The translations under genes and the position numbers were made by a program. 64,000 bases of DNA, from assembly GCA_965113315.1 (NCBI GenBank), contig OZ220378.1, one strand, 5' to 3'. This DNA is from Podarcis vaucheri (Eukaryota). The notes beneath the pieces are model-generated. The model made no database searches, had not been told where the DNA came from, and saw only the letters and a program-made list of their open reading frames with translations. Positions 1 to 26,766 of the stretch are shown here, piece by piece (position 1 is the first letter of the stretch; every line of letters starts with the position of its first letter).

Positions 1-590
1 TTATCCAGCTCCTTTTAAAGATCCGCTGAGAACTTCTCTATGTCATCAAGCTTATGCCAGCAATTAAGAAGGCATTTTTCCATAACACTTAGATGATGGT
101 CTCTGATCTTAAATGTGTTTTTATATTATATAGTTATTATTGTACACTGCTTTTATTTTGTTATGATTTGCAGCATATAAATATTTTCATAAACAGATAT
201 ATATGTCTACACCAATTCTTACATGGCTGACTTCCGTCACATCTGTTGCCCTGTCCAGATGTTTTGAGACTACAATTCCCATCATCCCTGACCACTGGTC
301 CTGTTAGCTAGGGACAATGGGAGCTGTAGTCCCAAAACATCTGGAGGGCCGAGTTTGCCTGTGCCTGTGCCTGCTCTGGCCCCAAATACCACTGGCATGT
401 GGCCTCTGGAAGTTTGGCCAAGAGGGAAGGCAGCCCTGGGACTGGGAAAAGTTTGCCCAACCCTTGCTCTAGGCAGTAGCAAGTGGCCTTCCTCATTCCA
501 CAGCGGAGTGTTCCAGATCTCCCTAGGTATTAAGAGGCCCACAATCTGATTCACTAACTGGCACCCCAAGCCATGGTCTCAGACACGTAC

Positions 591-13938
<13,348 letters not shown>

Positions 13939-14859
13939 CCTTGCTCTGACTGAAGGGAGTCGGGCCGGCGGCCGGGTGGAGAAAGGGCGGGGCCTGAGGC
14001 AGAGTGGGAGGGGCCTGAGGCAGACGGCTGGGCATTGGGTGGCGTCCCCTTGGCCGACGAGGCTGGAGGGCGTGTCTCCGCCATGCCCCGCCCACCGGCG
14101 TCATCTGAACGCCCTCGCTGCCCTTGGCTTTGGTCCTCTCCCTAGAAAAACAAGAGGCAACCCCGGCTTCCCTCCAGGAGAAAGGGGCGGGGTCTCACTC
14201 CCGCAGCCCCCCTCATGTGACGTCACACGGGGACCCTTCCCTTCCTGCACACCTGGAGAGTGCCCCCAGTGGGGTGAGGAGAGGCACAGGGATGAGAACA
14301 GGCAGCGCCCTCACCCTGAGCATCTTGCAGGCCACAAGGGCCAATGCATGAGCCCATGTGAGGCAGAGATTCGAGGGCTAGGATCTGGATTCAAATTCCC
14401 ACTTGGCCATGAAGTTCACTGGGTGGTCTTGAGGGGCAGTCAGACTAATTCTACCGGACAGGGTTATCGTGACCATAAAACGGGGGAGAATCAAGTGTGC
14501 ACAGCTTTAGAAGCAGCAGGACACTAGATGCCAGCAGCTGGAGGAAAACAAGGTAACACCAAGTTAAAACGCCTGGCTGAAGCAACCTGAAACGTGGCAT
14601 GTGTTTGTATACATAGTAATGGTGCCAGGGTGTAGCTAGATCTTCCTGTTGTACAATGGCGAGATCACATTTTCCACTGTGTGCCACAGATCCAAGCTAT
14701 GGACACTTGTTATCTGTCCCAAAACACACATGGGATTGCAACATGAAATTCATCTGCCCATGTTTGCATATTGTTCTCTGAACTTGCCACAATCCCTGCG
14801 TGCAGGGGTAAAGCACACAATAACCTATGTTCAGCCCTGATGGATCAGACCAGCAACCA

Positions 14860-14987
14860 GCAGATGGTTAGAGTGTGGTGATGACAACGCCAAGATTGCA
14901 AGTTTGATCCCCATAAGGGACAGCTGCATATTCCTGCATTGCAGGATTTAGATGATCCTCAGGGTCCCTTTCAACTCTCTGATTCTA
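14860..14987 (+). mobile_element. tRNA-Ile-derived SINE with CR1-type tail
   Basis: GGTTAGAGTGTGGTG...ACGCCAAG...TGATCCCC resembles tRNA-Ile(AAT); tail GATGATCCTCAGGGTCCCTTTCAACTCT; related fragment at ~8420-8525. Confidence 0.6.
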
Positions 14988-16100
14988 GTCCACCATCCTA
15001 TACTCACAGTGGCCGACCAGATGCCTGTGAGAAGCCAGCAAGCAGGATCTGAGCACAAAGCCTTCTCCCCTCCTATGGCTTCCAGCAATTGCTGTCTGCA
15101 AGTGTGAAGGCAGAGCATAGCTATCATGGCCAGTAGCCATTGATAGCCCTCTCCACCATGTATGTCTGATCCTCTTTTAAAGCCATGAACCAGTAGGACA
15201 GTATATGAACACGAGATGAAATAGCATGCAATTTAAAATGTACTGCACGACTCTGGGCAGCAAAGACTCACCCGGCTCCTTCTGGCATCTGCCCACAAGA
15301 TAGCCAAGGGAGAGTACATTTCCACATCCCTAAGGTGAGGAACAAAGGCAGGAAGAGCTGGTTTGGGCAGTGATGGGAGCCTTCTGGCAACAAGACAGAA
15401 ACATAGGGGGAGCCAAAATGGGTGGAGATGGGGTAGCAGTTATGCAGTCCTGAAATGCTGCAAACTCTGCCCACTGCTAGCAGGTACCTCCCTGGCAGAT
15501 TACCTCACTGTGCTGTAGCTCTCACAGAAAATAGGTTCCCTGTTCCAACCTCAAGGGAGAGGCCAAGTAACATTTATTGTAAGGCACAAATATTTTTGTG
15601 TAAATTTCAATTTCTATGTCAGGGCAAGATTATTCCTTACCATTCCTAACTTTGACAGTCATCTAGATTTTGCCCGTTTTAGAATGATGCCCAGGGAAGG
15701 CAGCAGAGCATTGTTCTAGCCCAACTATTTGGGATAATTTCTATCCTAAGAACTAGGCCAGAATGCTCAGCCTCCTTCGGCATACATTTAAAACAGGCAA
15801 CTGTAAAGGTCACATTCTGTTGGAAGGGGCTACGTGCCAAGAGTGGTTGGAGTCAGTAGCAGTGCCGGATTGCTCTCTTCCTACCTGGATGAGTTTGGGG
15901 AAAGAACTGTGCCCCATCATGAGGCTGAGACTCACAACTCCTGACTTTCGCCATCACTTCAGCAACCTCAGGTAGATACTAAACCCTTCATACACTTCCT
16001 TGTGGGATCAAGACAAAAATTGGATTCCCACACCCCTTTCCCCGAAACAGCTCACCCCAATTAATTTTCAAGCAACACTGAATAGTTAACACAGCTGATT

Positions 16101-16106
16101 TTTATT
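16101..16106 (-). terminator. Probable BANF1 polyadenylation signal AATAAA
   Basis: tttatt on plus strand, about 520 nt downstream of the stop codon. Confidence 0.6.
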
Positions 16107-16629
16107 GATTTAAAAACTTTGCAATGATTTTTGGTTCTTGCCAATAAACCGAGTAGCATAAAAATTATAGCAGGGATCAAACACTGGAGAGAAATCAGAA
16201 AAATAATAGGCCTAATAACATCTTTTTTCTTCAGAATTGACAGGTAAATCTCAGTCTAACTGGAGCTCAAACAAAGGGAGTAGGGGAACTTCCACTATTG
16301 TTAGCAGGCAGGTCTGGTTCTGGAGTTGGGTGGCCTAACAGTGAGGGGGCTTGCAATTAAAGCCACGTAAAAAACGACCTACATGGAGCATCGAATTAGA
16401 ACATTTGATGTTTCTCAACCCTCTCCCTGGAGGAAAAAAGATTCAGTTACATTAAAAGGCAGTCATGGCTCCCCCCACCCCACCCCACCGTTGGGAGCAA
16501 TAGCCCCCAGCAGCCCATGTAGATGCTGGAAGGTTTATAAGAAGTGGGTGCTGAGAGAGACGGGGAGGAACAATCTCTATTCAACTACAAAAGCCCTAAC
16601 AGCATCCACCAGGCTTTGGCCAACATCAT

Positions 16630-17661
16630 TCACAAGAAAGCATCACACCATTCCTTCAGGCAGCCATAACAGTCTCTGGATTGCTTGGCATTGGCGCCGC
16701 ACGTGTCCTTCAACCACTCGCGGAAGAGGTCCTCGTCCTTCTTCAGCACTAAGAACTGTCCCAGAACCACGTATGCCTGTGTTCAAGAAAGCGGAGGGGG
16801 GGGGGCACACAGAGGATTAGCAACTTGGGTAAAAAAAAAAAAGAGAGGCTACCTATATCAGACTCTTTTGGGAGACTGAAAATTCCAGAATACCCTTCCG
16901 CGACCAGGTGCCCTCCAGAGGCTTTGGACTACAGCTGCCTCAGTTTGATGGGAGTTGTAACCCAAACTATCTTGAGGGCTCAGGGTTGTGAAACGCTATT
17001 CTAGAAGCACAGAAAATCTGGGAACACAGAAGTTATCCTTTCAGTGCAGCAGTTTGAGTTTTGGACTCAAGACTTGGGTTCAAGTCCTCATAGATAAACA
17101 ACTACCTGACATTCAGAAGACATCTTAAGGCAGCCCTGTTCAGGGAAGTTTTTAATGTATGACATATTAGTGTATTTTTGGTCTCTGTGGAAGCTGCCCA
17201 GAGTGGCTGGGGAAGCCCAGCCAGATGGGCGGGGTACAAATAATAAATAATAATATTATTATTATTACTCACTCTACCACAAAGACTAATTGGACGCAGG
17301 CCTACTGAGATTCAAAAAGACTGCTGCATTGCATAGGCCCTGAAAAGCAGGCTGCAGCAGTCATCAAAATGGAGCATGTCTCTCCTGATCTTGTAGTCCT
17401 GCGGGTAATCCTGGTACCTCTGAAGTGAACCCCCCACAGCAGAGGTTTATCTGGAGGCTAGAAAGCATCACTCTGCCCAAGTTCATTTCCTATTCCATTA
17501 ACTTATTTTGCTTTCAGACCCACTGTCCCAGAAGATACCTTGTCAAAGCCTTTGTCTTCCAGCTTCCTGCCAAGTACATCTCCAATGCCAGCTAAAGTAC
17601 CAACAGACTTGTCCCCCATGGGCTCAGCCACGAAGTCCCGATGCTTCTGACTGGTGGTCAT
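16630..17661 (-). CDS. BANF1: Barrier-to-autointegration factor, complete 89 aa
   Basis: complement(join(17539..17661,16630..16776)): [41 protein letters not shown]|[48 protein letters not shown]; near-identical to vertebrate BAF; exon 2 acceptor at 17678. Confidence 0.98.
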
Positions 17662-19730
17662 GTTGCCTGCAGCTGTGCCTGCAAAGGAACTCAAGAGATC
17701 AGTGAGGTGTCAGAACTAGAGGGTGGGTAGCATCACCAGGCAGCTGAGAAAACCCACAGGATGCTAGAACTCCACATGCTTCTTGGCCAACTGTCATACA
17801 GGTTATTTGTTTACTATTCCAGGGAGGAAGAAACAGAGTGAGCCATGTCAATGGTTGCATTAGGAGTGTATACTCCCCTGCCTGGTTGGCCAAAAAGCTG
17901 AAAGCCTGCAGTGAATTAGACAATAATTCTCCAGCATTAGGTAGCTTTCTTTAGAATGCCCATGGATGTTGCCACACCATACCTTAGAGGCAGGGGCACA
18001 GAACAGAACATTTTCCACTTGTAAAACATGCATTTAAATTAGGAACTGTAGCATAAATTAAATGTGTACAATTTGCTAATTTATGTGTTTGGCAACACTT
18101 AGTGTTTATTTTGATACTGTGGTAAAAAAAAATTATGCTGAGATTTGTTGTCCAAGTTGGAGGATGTATTTAAAGATAGTGACCTGGCTCAAATGCCATG
18201 TTAAATCTTAGTTTAAATGTGAATAAGGCTTTCCCCTCATCTCCTATGCAGGTGGCACACACAACACAAACATATAAGAGTATGGCTTGTTGTGTTGTGA
18301 GAACTCAGTGCATGACTTATTCCTTTCAAACAAACAATGCACACCCAAGTCAGAAACAAGCCGAGAACCATAGCTTGTTTGTTGTTTGCCTGAGTAAATA
18401 AAATGCAAACCAGACTTATATATGGTTCAAATGTAAATGAGCCAATATATAAACTGGGCAGTTTTTAAGCTGTAATTAACTTTTTTGAGATCACACGCAA
18501 AAATATATAAGGTTCAGCTTGCTGTGTGTGCAAGGACTGGTACATAAGCTTATGTTAATGTGTTATGTACATATCTTAAGGCAAATATCAAGTAAAAATA
18601 ATTTACAACTAAAGCTTTGAGCACAGATTAATACTTCATTATGTACATTTTAATCAGGAAATTCAATTTAAATAATAATAAAAAAAATCATCTCCTTCCA
18701 GCTATTAAGCAATTTATTTGGAAGCATTCATGCAGTGCTTTTATGCTAATTTTTAGGGTTTGGTTACCAAAGTGAGTCAGACATACTAGATCAGATCCCA
18801 ATTGGTTACAGAAGCTGAAAATGTTTATTCAGAAGTTTTCAAAGCACACCGCTGCTCAGATTGTACACAGAATGTGGGCAGGTGTTTTGCAAAGAACCAT
18901 TTGTAAAATAAAGCATAGTCAGCAGCGCTGCTACTGTTTCCAACACAAGTATCAGAGGCAACGCGCCACTTCTCAACCATGGTTGCACCTGAGATTACAA
19001 AAACAAGATCTCATTGCTCCTACTAGCTGTATCCAGTTTAGGAGAGATGGGGAAGAGGCCAAAAGGTATAGTTTGACTGGACAGTTCTAGAGTTCACACT
19101 TGGAAAGTGGGAAGGGGCTTAGTTAGGGCCATTGCAGCTTTCATAACAGCTGCTACAATCTTTGGAAGTTTCTGATTCCAACAGCAGCCAGCCAGAGGGT
19201 GGCGGTTGCTACTGTTCCCTAGGTTCACACAGCCTCCAACTGATGACTACAAAAATAATGACATAGCCTACTGGTAAGGGAATACAGCCAGGGAAGCAGC
19301 AAGAGGTGTTACTTGACATAGCTAAATAAGGCAAAGCGGTACTGAAGGGCAGGCAGCTAAATAAGGTAATAGCGCCACCTACCAGAGAGTGAATTGAAGA
19401 ACACTCAGTGGAATGAGGTGGGGCTTGGTCTCCTTTGATTCCTCACTGGCACCTGGGGCTAACTGGAACAGCAGAACCATCACCAGCCAGGGCAGAAGGT
19501 GGCTTAGGGGGTTCTTTTGTTGCAGTACTGCCAGGATGACACAGGACCTATGTTGGGCTGCTCTTCAGGAGAGAAACCAGCCTAGGATTCAGGAGATCCA
19601 AGCACTTTCACATTCTACCTCACCTCCACAGAATCCTCTTGGTTCTATTGCTGGTGGAAGGAACACCAGAGGTAGCCTTTCACTCATTCAGGTGAATGCT
19701 AGTCTTCTGCTGCAGTCAAGAAAGCTAGTA

Positions 19731-20160
19731 CAGTGGTACCTCAGGTTACAAATGCTTTGGGTTACAAACACTTCAGGTTACAAACTCCGCTAATAATAAT
19801 AATAATAATAATTTATTATTTATACCCCGCCCATCTGGCTGGGCCTCCCCAGCCACTCTGGGCGGCTTCCATAAAAACCAGAAATACAATAAAATATCAC
19901 ACGTTAAAAACTTCCCTGAACAGGGCTGCCTTAAGATGTCTCCTGAATGTCAGGTAGTTGTTTATCGCTTTGACATCTGCTGGAAGTAGTACCTCAGGTT
20001 GAGAACTTTGTCCCAGAATGAGAACGGAAATTGCACACCCATGTGTGTGGCGGCAGCAGCAGAAGGCCCCATTAGCGAAAGCGCGCCTCGGGTTAAGAAC
20101 GGTTTCGGGTTAAGAAAAGACCTCCAGAACGAATTAAGTTCGTAACCCGAGGTACCACTG
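19731..20160. mobile_element. Tigger/pogo-like MITE (family A) interrupted by an antisense L2 3' end (~19794-19980)
   Basis: TIRs at both ends; internal (TAA)n plus L2 tail. Confidence 0.85.
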
Positions 20161-21979
20161 TAGTGCTCCTCTCCTGACCTAGGCATGGAGAATAATTGGT
20201 CCTCCAGATGTTAAGGCTTCCAACTCCACCAGCCCCAGATAGCATGGCCGGTAGGTAGGTAAGGATGATGAGAGTTGTAGCTCAACAACTTCTGAGGGAC
20301 TGTTGGCTACCTATACCTGTCCTAACCCCTCCTCTCTCTCCAGCATTAGGTTGCTTTGGTTCACTGAGGCTGGAATCCTAATGCCAAAGTTCTTACTTCA
20401 TCTTCCAAATAATAGTAAAAAAGGCTATTTGTTAGCATTACAGGTTTAGGATGAAAATAAACCCACCTACTAAGGTCAGAGCTCTAAGTTAGCACTCAAT
20501 AGCAGACTGTTTGCTGCTTCGGAGCAGAGACCCCAAAGCTAAATTTATGTGAGAAAACCAATCAACAAATGTGAGTATAGATTATTATTATTGTTAAATC
20601 AAATTTCTATACCACCCTTCATCTGAAGATCACAGGGCAGTTTACAATACAATACCCCCCCAAAAAAAAATTTATTCCAATTGTGGGGAGGGCAGGTGGT
20701 GGGAACACTTGGGTGAGGGGTGAAGAGCCAAGTCAAGCAGCCTGCTTGGGAAGAGTGTAGGTGCCTGCACCACTTTGCCTCACCTTCTCCTCCCACCTTC
20801 TGATTTCACTAGCAACAATCCCCATGGAAAAAGTCTACCACACCCAAACACTCCCTTTCCAAATACTTGGGGAAGATGAGGCAACCTAAGCCAGAGATGG
20901 GAAGGCTGAAACAAGACACAATGAATTAAGGAAAATCTCAGGTAGCTCAGCACAGAGGAACTGACGGGCACTACCTCACAAGTCTTAACTGCCTTTCTAT
21001 CCCCAACAGCAACTAAAGCAGAACAAATACAAATCTCATTCAAGCCAGTCAGTTTCTTTGGGAGGGCTTCAAACAATGTTACATTGTTATGTCTTAATAT
21101 TACGTCCCAAAACATTTGGAAATGTTCCAACAAATCATTTCCAAGTACTGTAAGGCTTTCAGTGTTAAGCCCCATTTATCCATTGAATATCAATTGAATT
21201 TCTATTGACTTACTTTTGAGTACCATAGGATTCACTGTTCACTGGGACTCCTTCCTTTTTTAAAAAATGCTTAAGAATGCAGTTTTCAGCCCACTAACTA
21301 CACTCAGGACTGATTTGTGAATGTGATTGGTTGAACTTTCTCCCCAGTCAGATATTGCCTGATTGTTCATGGAGAAAATGGGAGCTATTTTTACATACCA
21401 TACAAAGTCAACACACTGTACTTCCCGAATTGTGTTTGGTAACTACGACAAAGGCCAAATCAGTTCCCCATAATCTGAGGGATTGAGTAATCCCCTCTTT
21501 GCCATTTTAACATTTCTCTCCCCGAAAACCCACATTGCTTATCCATCAGGGGCAAACCCAGCCCCTCTTTTTTAAAAGCAGTAACTGCTTTGACATCTTC
21601 ACTTAGGAATTATTGGAGCAGGAATACCCCTTCTGGAAGCGAACATTAACACAAACATCTTGGGGGAGTGATTTTCAAACTTTTTTTTAAAAAAAAGTTT
21701 AAAAACAAACTTCCCTTCAGCTGTTTTACTGCAATTCCTTCTGTTAATCCTGGAGTCTTTCTCTCTCGCTGTGAAACCGCCCTTAAGCAAAAAGGAGAGG
21801 CCTAAAACGAATAAGCCAAACAACACCCCTGGAAGGTAGGCCGACACCATCATGAAAAAGATAAATACATGGAGAGGACGGTGGGAGGAGAGAGAAGCTC
21901 AAACTGCTCAGCATGAAGTTTCTGGTGTGTAATGCTTGTGGGATTAAAGAGGCTCCATTAATACGCCTCAAGTGAAGAG

Positions 21980-22463
21980 GGCGGATGGAGGGAAAGGCGG
22001 CGGCGCCGCCTCATGGCCACTCCTTATGGTTCTTATTACCACCCAGGCAGCCGCCAGCCTCCCCCAAACCTGAGGGGCTTCACCCGCCCCCCTCACCGCC
22101 GGCACCCCCTGGCCGCCCCCGCTCCCTTTCCCGCCCTCCGAGCCGCTCACCTGCTCTCTCGCCTCAACCGTCGCTCCCGCGCTCCTCTCGGTACCACTTC
22201 CGGGTAAGACAGGAAAGGTGGACGTGAGGAGCGCGGGCCTAGAGGGCGCTCTAGGCTTCCTACGTTTGCCCAGGGAAGTCGAGATCTAAGCTCATAGAGA
22301 TTTGATGGAGACGATCTTTCTATGGTCGGAGCGCCATAAAAACAAGACGGCTGCGGCGCTCTAGGCTTCTCGGCGGGTTCTCTATGGAGGAGGGAGGCTC
22401 TTGTTATTGGGAGAACCGAAAAGGCGGGATAATTTGAGGAACGCGCGAAAAGAGGGCGGAGGG
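21980..22463 (-). promoter_or_regulatory. BANF1 CpG island, non-coding exon 1 (donor after 22151) and ETS site
   Basis: CpG-rich; minus-strand donor GCAG|GTGAGC at 22151/22150; CCGGAAGTG (ETS/GABP) at 22195-22203. Confidence 0.7.
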
Positions 22464-22593
22464 NNNNNNNNNNNNNNNNNNNNNNNNNNNNNNNNNNNNN
22501 NNNNNNNNNNNNNNNNNNNNNNNNNNNNNNNNNNNNNNNNNNNNNNNNNNNNNNNNNNNNNNNNNNNNNNNNNNNNNNNNNNNNNNNNNNNNN
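22464..22593. other. Assembly gap (130 N)
   Basis: run of N. Confidence 1.
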
Positions 22594-22619
22594 CAACACG
22601 GCTACCTACCTGTAACTAG

Positions 22620-23197
22620 AACTACAATATCTTGAAAGATTCTATCAACGGTGTCTCCAAGAAATTTTACACATCACCTGGGAAGACAGGTGAGCTAATG
22701 CCAGTGTATTGGAAGAAGCAAAGATCACCAGTGTCGAAGCAATGATTCTTCAACATCAACTTCATTGGATCGGTCCTGTTATTTGGATGCCTGACTATCA
22801 TCTTCCAAAGCAGCTACTCTATTCCCAACTAAAGAACAGAAAGCTAAATACCGGTGGACAACAAGTCTCTTAAGGCAAATCTAGAAAATGTAGTACTGTA
22901 TAAACACTGACAATTGGGAAATACTGGCCTGTGAGCGCTCCAATTGGAGAACAGCCTTTACCAAAGGTGTCATGGACTTTGAAGATGCTTGAACTCAGGA
23001 TGAAAGGGAGAAATGTTCTAAGACGAAGGCACCTTTGGCAAACCCTCACCATGATCAACTCCCGCCCGGAAACCTATGTCCTCAGTATGGAAGGACGGTG
23101 TGGATCCACAATTGGCCTCCACAGTCACAGACACACTGTTAAGACCATGTTCTTGGAAGACTTGGCCACAAGTGATTGCCAAAGAAGAAGAAGAAGA
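22620..23197 (+). mobile_element. RTE-clade LINE 3' fragment (decayed ORF end)
   Basis: Translates to LERFYQRCLQEILHITWEDR*ANASVLEEAKITSVEAMILQHQLHWIG...LPKQLLYSQL, C-terminal CGS-IGLHSH zinc-finger remnant, (GAA)n tail. Confidence 0.8.
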
Positions 23198-23199
23198 TA

Positions 23200-23434
23200 C
23201 AGTGGTATCTCTGGTTGCGAATGGGATCCGTTCTGGAGCCCCGTTCGCAACCCGAGCAGAACGAAACCCATGTCTGCGTGGGGTCGCAATTCGCCGCACA
23301 TGATGTCATTTTGGACGTCTGCGCATGCGTGAGAGGTGAAACCCAGAAGTAACCCTTTCCAGTACTTCTGGGTCGCCGTGGGACGAAACCTGAAAACACT
23401 CAACCTGAAGCAAACACAACACGAGGTATGACTG
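23200..23434. mobile_element. Related Tigger-like MITE (family B)
   Basis: Ends CAGTGGTATCTC / GAGGTATGACTG with TA. Confidence 0.75.
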
Positions 23435-24032
23435 TACACATACACACTGTACACACACAAGTAATAATAATAAGATAATTTATACCCCACCCATCTGGCT
23501 GGGTTTGCATTTATTTATTTTTTGCTCAGAAAAAAAATTTATAGCAAATTTGTAAAGCACATTGCTTTTTTGCTGTCAAACTATAAATTTGGGAAATTTT
23601 TTCTGAGCAAAAATTTTAAGCAAAAGAAGTTAAAAATCCCCCCCAATATGTTTTGTTTATTGAATTTATATCAGGCTCTTCCTTCAGGAGTTGCCCAGCA
23701 CGACAAACTTCTACATAATTTAAAAACAAGCAAAGGGAGAGAAAAAAATCTAAAAAATAATTGCAATTAAACCATCTTTATAGGCAGTTACAGTTAAAAA
23801 CATTATAAAAGCATTGTTCTATCCATTTGCCCCAAGTAGTGTTCTTCAGCTAACAGTAAGTATGTAAATAAAAAGGAGGGGGGAAATACAGTGTGTGTAT
23901 AGACAATTTAAAATAAAGATATAAACCAAGACTATTACAGGAAAGACAGGCAGATGTCCAGAAAAGCTCACCTAACTGTGAGCCAGAAATATTCCCATTT
24001 CTCCCCCATATTAAATATACTCTGCTTCTATA

Positions 24033-24274
24033 CAGTGGTACCTCGGGTTACATACTCTCCAGGTTACATACGCTTCAGGTTACAGACTCCGCTAACTCAG
24101 AAATAGTACCTCGGGTTAAGAACTTTGCTTCAGGATGAGAACAGAAATCATGCTCCGGCGATGCAGCGACAGCCGGAGGCCCCATTAGCTAAAGTGGTGC
24201 TTCAGGTTAAGAACAGTTTCAGGTTAAGAACGGATCTCTGGAACGAATTAAGTACTTAACCCGAGGTACCACTG
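24033..24274. mobile_element. Tigger/pogo-like MITE (family A)
   Basis: Same TIRs/TA. Confidence 0.88.
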
Positions 24275-25623
24275 TACTTATTTTGGAAAGGGCACAGCAA
24301 TGGGGGGCTGTGGGTGTGTTTGTCCACCAGGGGGAGCTGCACCCCCAGGAATGAATGACCCATCACCCATCTGTCTATCCCTGGAGTTGGCAGGACAGGA
24401 AGAGTGTGAAGGCCAGTACCTTCTTTCAAATCCAAGATGCACTGCAAAGCCACTAAATGTCTCAATTTGCTCCGAGGCAAATCTGGCCTGTGCCCTTAAG
24501 CACCTATGGAAAATTTGGCATTTTGTGTCTTCAGAATATAAATATTCAGGATTCTCCAGTGATATGAGCTGATGGGTGTGATTTTTTTTTGGGGGGGTTG
24601 GGTCTTGTGGGCCTAACTGAACCCCCAGTTGGCCAAGACCGGCCCGAGGGCTGCAAGTTCTCCTGCTGTAGTCAATAAGTGCAATTGCCAACGAGGTTGG
24701 CACTGCCAGGCACATGCCCATGGGCACGGCAGGGGCCTCCTAGTTAATCCCCGGAGCCTTCTTGACCTGTTGCTGCCACCAGTTCACTTGCCCTCTCTAG
24801 GGGAGCAAGCCATAAAAGGAGCCACCAGCAGCTCACTCCTTATACTCTAGTGGATTCGGCCCAGAGGCAAAGCAGGCCAAGTGTATGGGCAGTTGTGACA
24901 GTGTCAAGGTGGATGGGGTGTCCTCGGGCAGTACTGCGAGAGCATCTTGTCCTCGGCCGGCTCAAAACCTTGATCCAGCCTGGACTGCTGCTCCATTGAA
25001 TGCCGAGGGCTTCAAGGAGAAGGAAAATGGTTTCACTTAGACAAATGTTTCGAAGTTCCTGCTCAGACTGGACCACTTTGGCAAGCAGTGGCTCGGTTTG
25101 GGAGGCCGCTCCCATGCCCCATTGTGCTGACAAGGAGTCCTTAATTTGGGGTTTCGGTTGCACAAAGCTCCTACTCGCTTTCCACACAAACCTTTTAATT
25201 TCTTACCACAAAGGAATTTGCTGCTCCAGGGCAACGGCAAAGCTTTACAAGCGGAAGGAAACCGAAAAACACACACACAAATGTTGCCTTTTACTGACTC
25301 AACTGCATCGAGCATAAGAAGAGCTTGCTGGATCAGGCCAATGACCCATCTAGGCCAGCATCCTGTTCTCACAGTGGTTGACATACCTGTGGGGAACCTG
25401 CAAGCAGCACCTGAGCCCAAGAACTCTCCCTGCTCTTAGGGTACCCAGTGACTGGTATTCAGAAGCATTGCTGCCCCTGACTTTGGAGGCAGAGCATAAC
25501 CACCATGGCTCATAGCCATTGATAGCCTTCTCTTCCATTAATTTGTCCCATCCTGCTTTAAAGCCATCCAAGTTGCTGTGGGAATGAGTTCCACAGTCTG
25601 TGAGTTCCACAGTCTTTTAAGTA

Positions 25624-25838
25624 CAGTGGTACCTCGGGTTACATACGCTTCAGGTTACAGACTCTGCTAACCCAGAAATATTACCTCAGGTTAAGAACTT
25701 TGCTTCAGGATGAGAACAGAAATTGCATGGCGGCAGCGGGAGGCCCCATTTGCTAAAGTGGTACCTCAAGTTAAGAACAGTTTAAGGTTAAGAATGGATC
25801 TCCGGAACGAATTAAGTACTTAACCCAAGGTAACACTG
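25624..25838. mobile_element. Tigger/pogo-like MITE (family A)
   Basis: Same TIRs/TA. Confidence 0.88.
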
Positions 25839-26766
25839 TATTGTGGCATTGGTGACACTGGGACAAGCGTCCCCTGAAGTCTATCAAGAGGCCCTGATCC
25901 TTGTTTTCACAAATGTTTAGGGAATGGCTGTGATTGTGGAGAAATTACACTCTACATATGTTCAGAGGCTAACTCATTTTAATTATTCCATCCTACGTTC
26001 CAGGGCTGAGACCACGGCTGGCATTGCCATCAAGTTCCAGGGCCATCTCAGGGTTGGAGTGAAGCCTAGGAAATGTCAGAGAAGTGTGTCAGCTACTTTA
26101 ATAAAACTAATAATTAATAAACAACAACAGGAAATGCTTGTTTATAAAAATGAAGAGTGTCATTGAAGATCATTGCCAGGGAAGTTGGGGCTTTCTGCTC
26201 CTGGAATGCCTCAGGTGGGAGAATCGGCTGTGCTTATTCAGCAGTAAAATAATTGCACTCTGTGTACGGTCAGAGATGGTTAAAACTTAAAGAATATCAG
26301 ACAGTGACTCTTGGTCTCTTACAGCTTTTTATCACCATGGTTCACCCACAAAATATGAGCAATTTTCTCTCCATTTTCTGGCATATAATTTGGGTTGTTT
26401 TCTACTTTGTGATTTTGGTATCTTTTAAAATAAATAACTTTTCCCTTCCCTTCCCTCTCTTTTTTCTTTTTCTTTTTTAAAGTGAGTTGCATCTACATGA
26501 CGGAGGAAGGAGCACAGAGGGAAGGCTGAACGTCTAATTTATTTTTAGCAGCCAATTGGAACTTTTTTCCCGAGATGAAGGAGGGAAAGGAAAAAAAAAT
26601 TGGTGGTGTACGAGAGAGGCCAGCAGAAGACAGTGTAACCTTTGAGGCTCTGCTGCTTCTGCAAACGCCACCACTCAGCTGCTGAGGCGAGGGTCCAAAT
26701 GTCCAAACGGCCTCGATTTTCTTTCGGGACGTCCTGCTACTAGAGTGGATTCTGACTGGAGTGATA

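Noticed and set aside
250-365. Imperfect palindrome CCAGATGTTTTG...CAAAACATCTGG, recurring many times in the window
   Set aside because: A common short hAT-type MITE remnant of lizards, not a locus-specific RNA structure.
17662-17694. N-terminally extended BANF1 ([11 protein letters not shown]...) suggested by the ORF track
   Set aside because: The start is a non-ATG codon upstream of the exon 2 acceptor (17678); the true start is the ATG at 17661.
21599-21853. 84-aa minus-strand ORF with hydrophobic N-terminus (MMVSAYLPGVLFGLFVLGLSFLL) in BANF1 intron 1
   Set aside because: No recognisable homology, no convincing splice donor, and it runs into a T/A homopolymer tract; likely chance.
22201-22210. 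Plus-strand GG|GTAAGA donor-like site beside the ETS motif (possible divergent or EIF1AD first exon)
   Set aside because: No downstream EIF1AD exons are visible, and a single donor-like hexamer is insufficient evidence.
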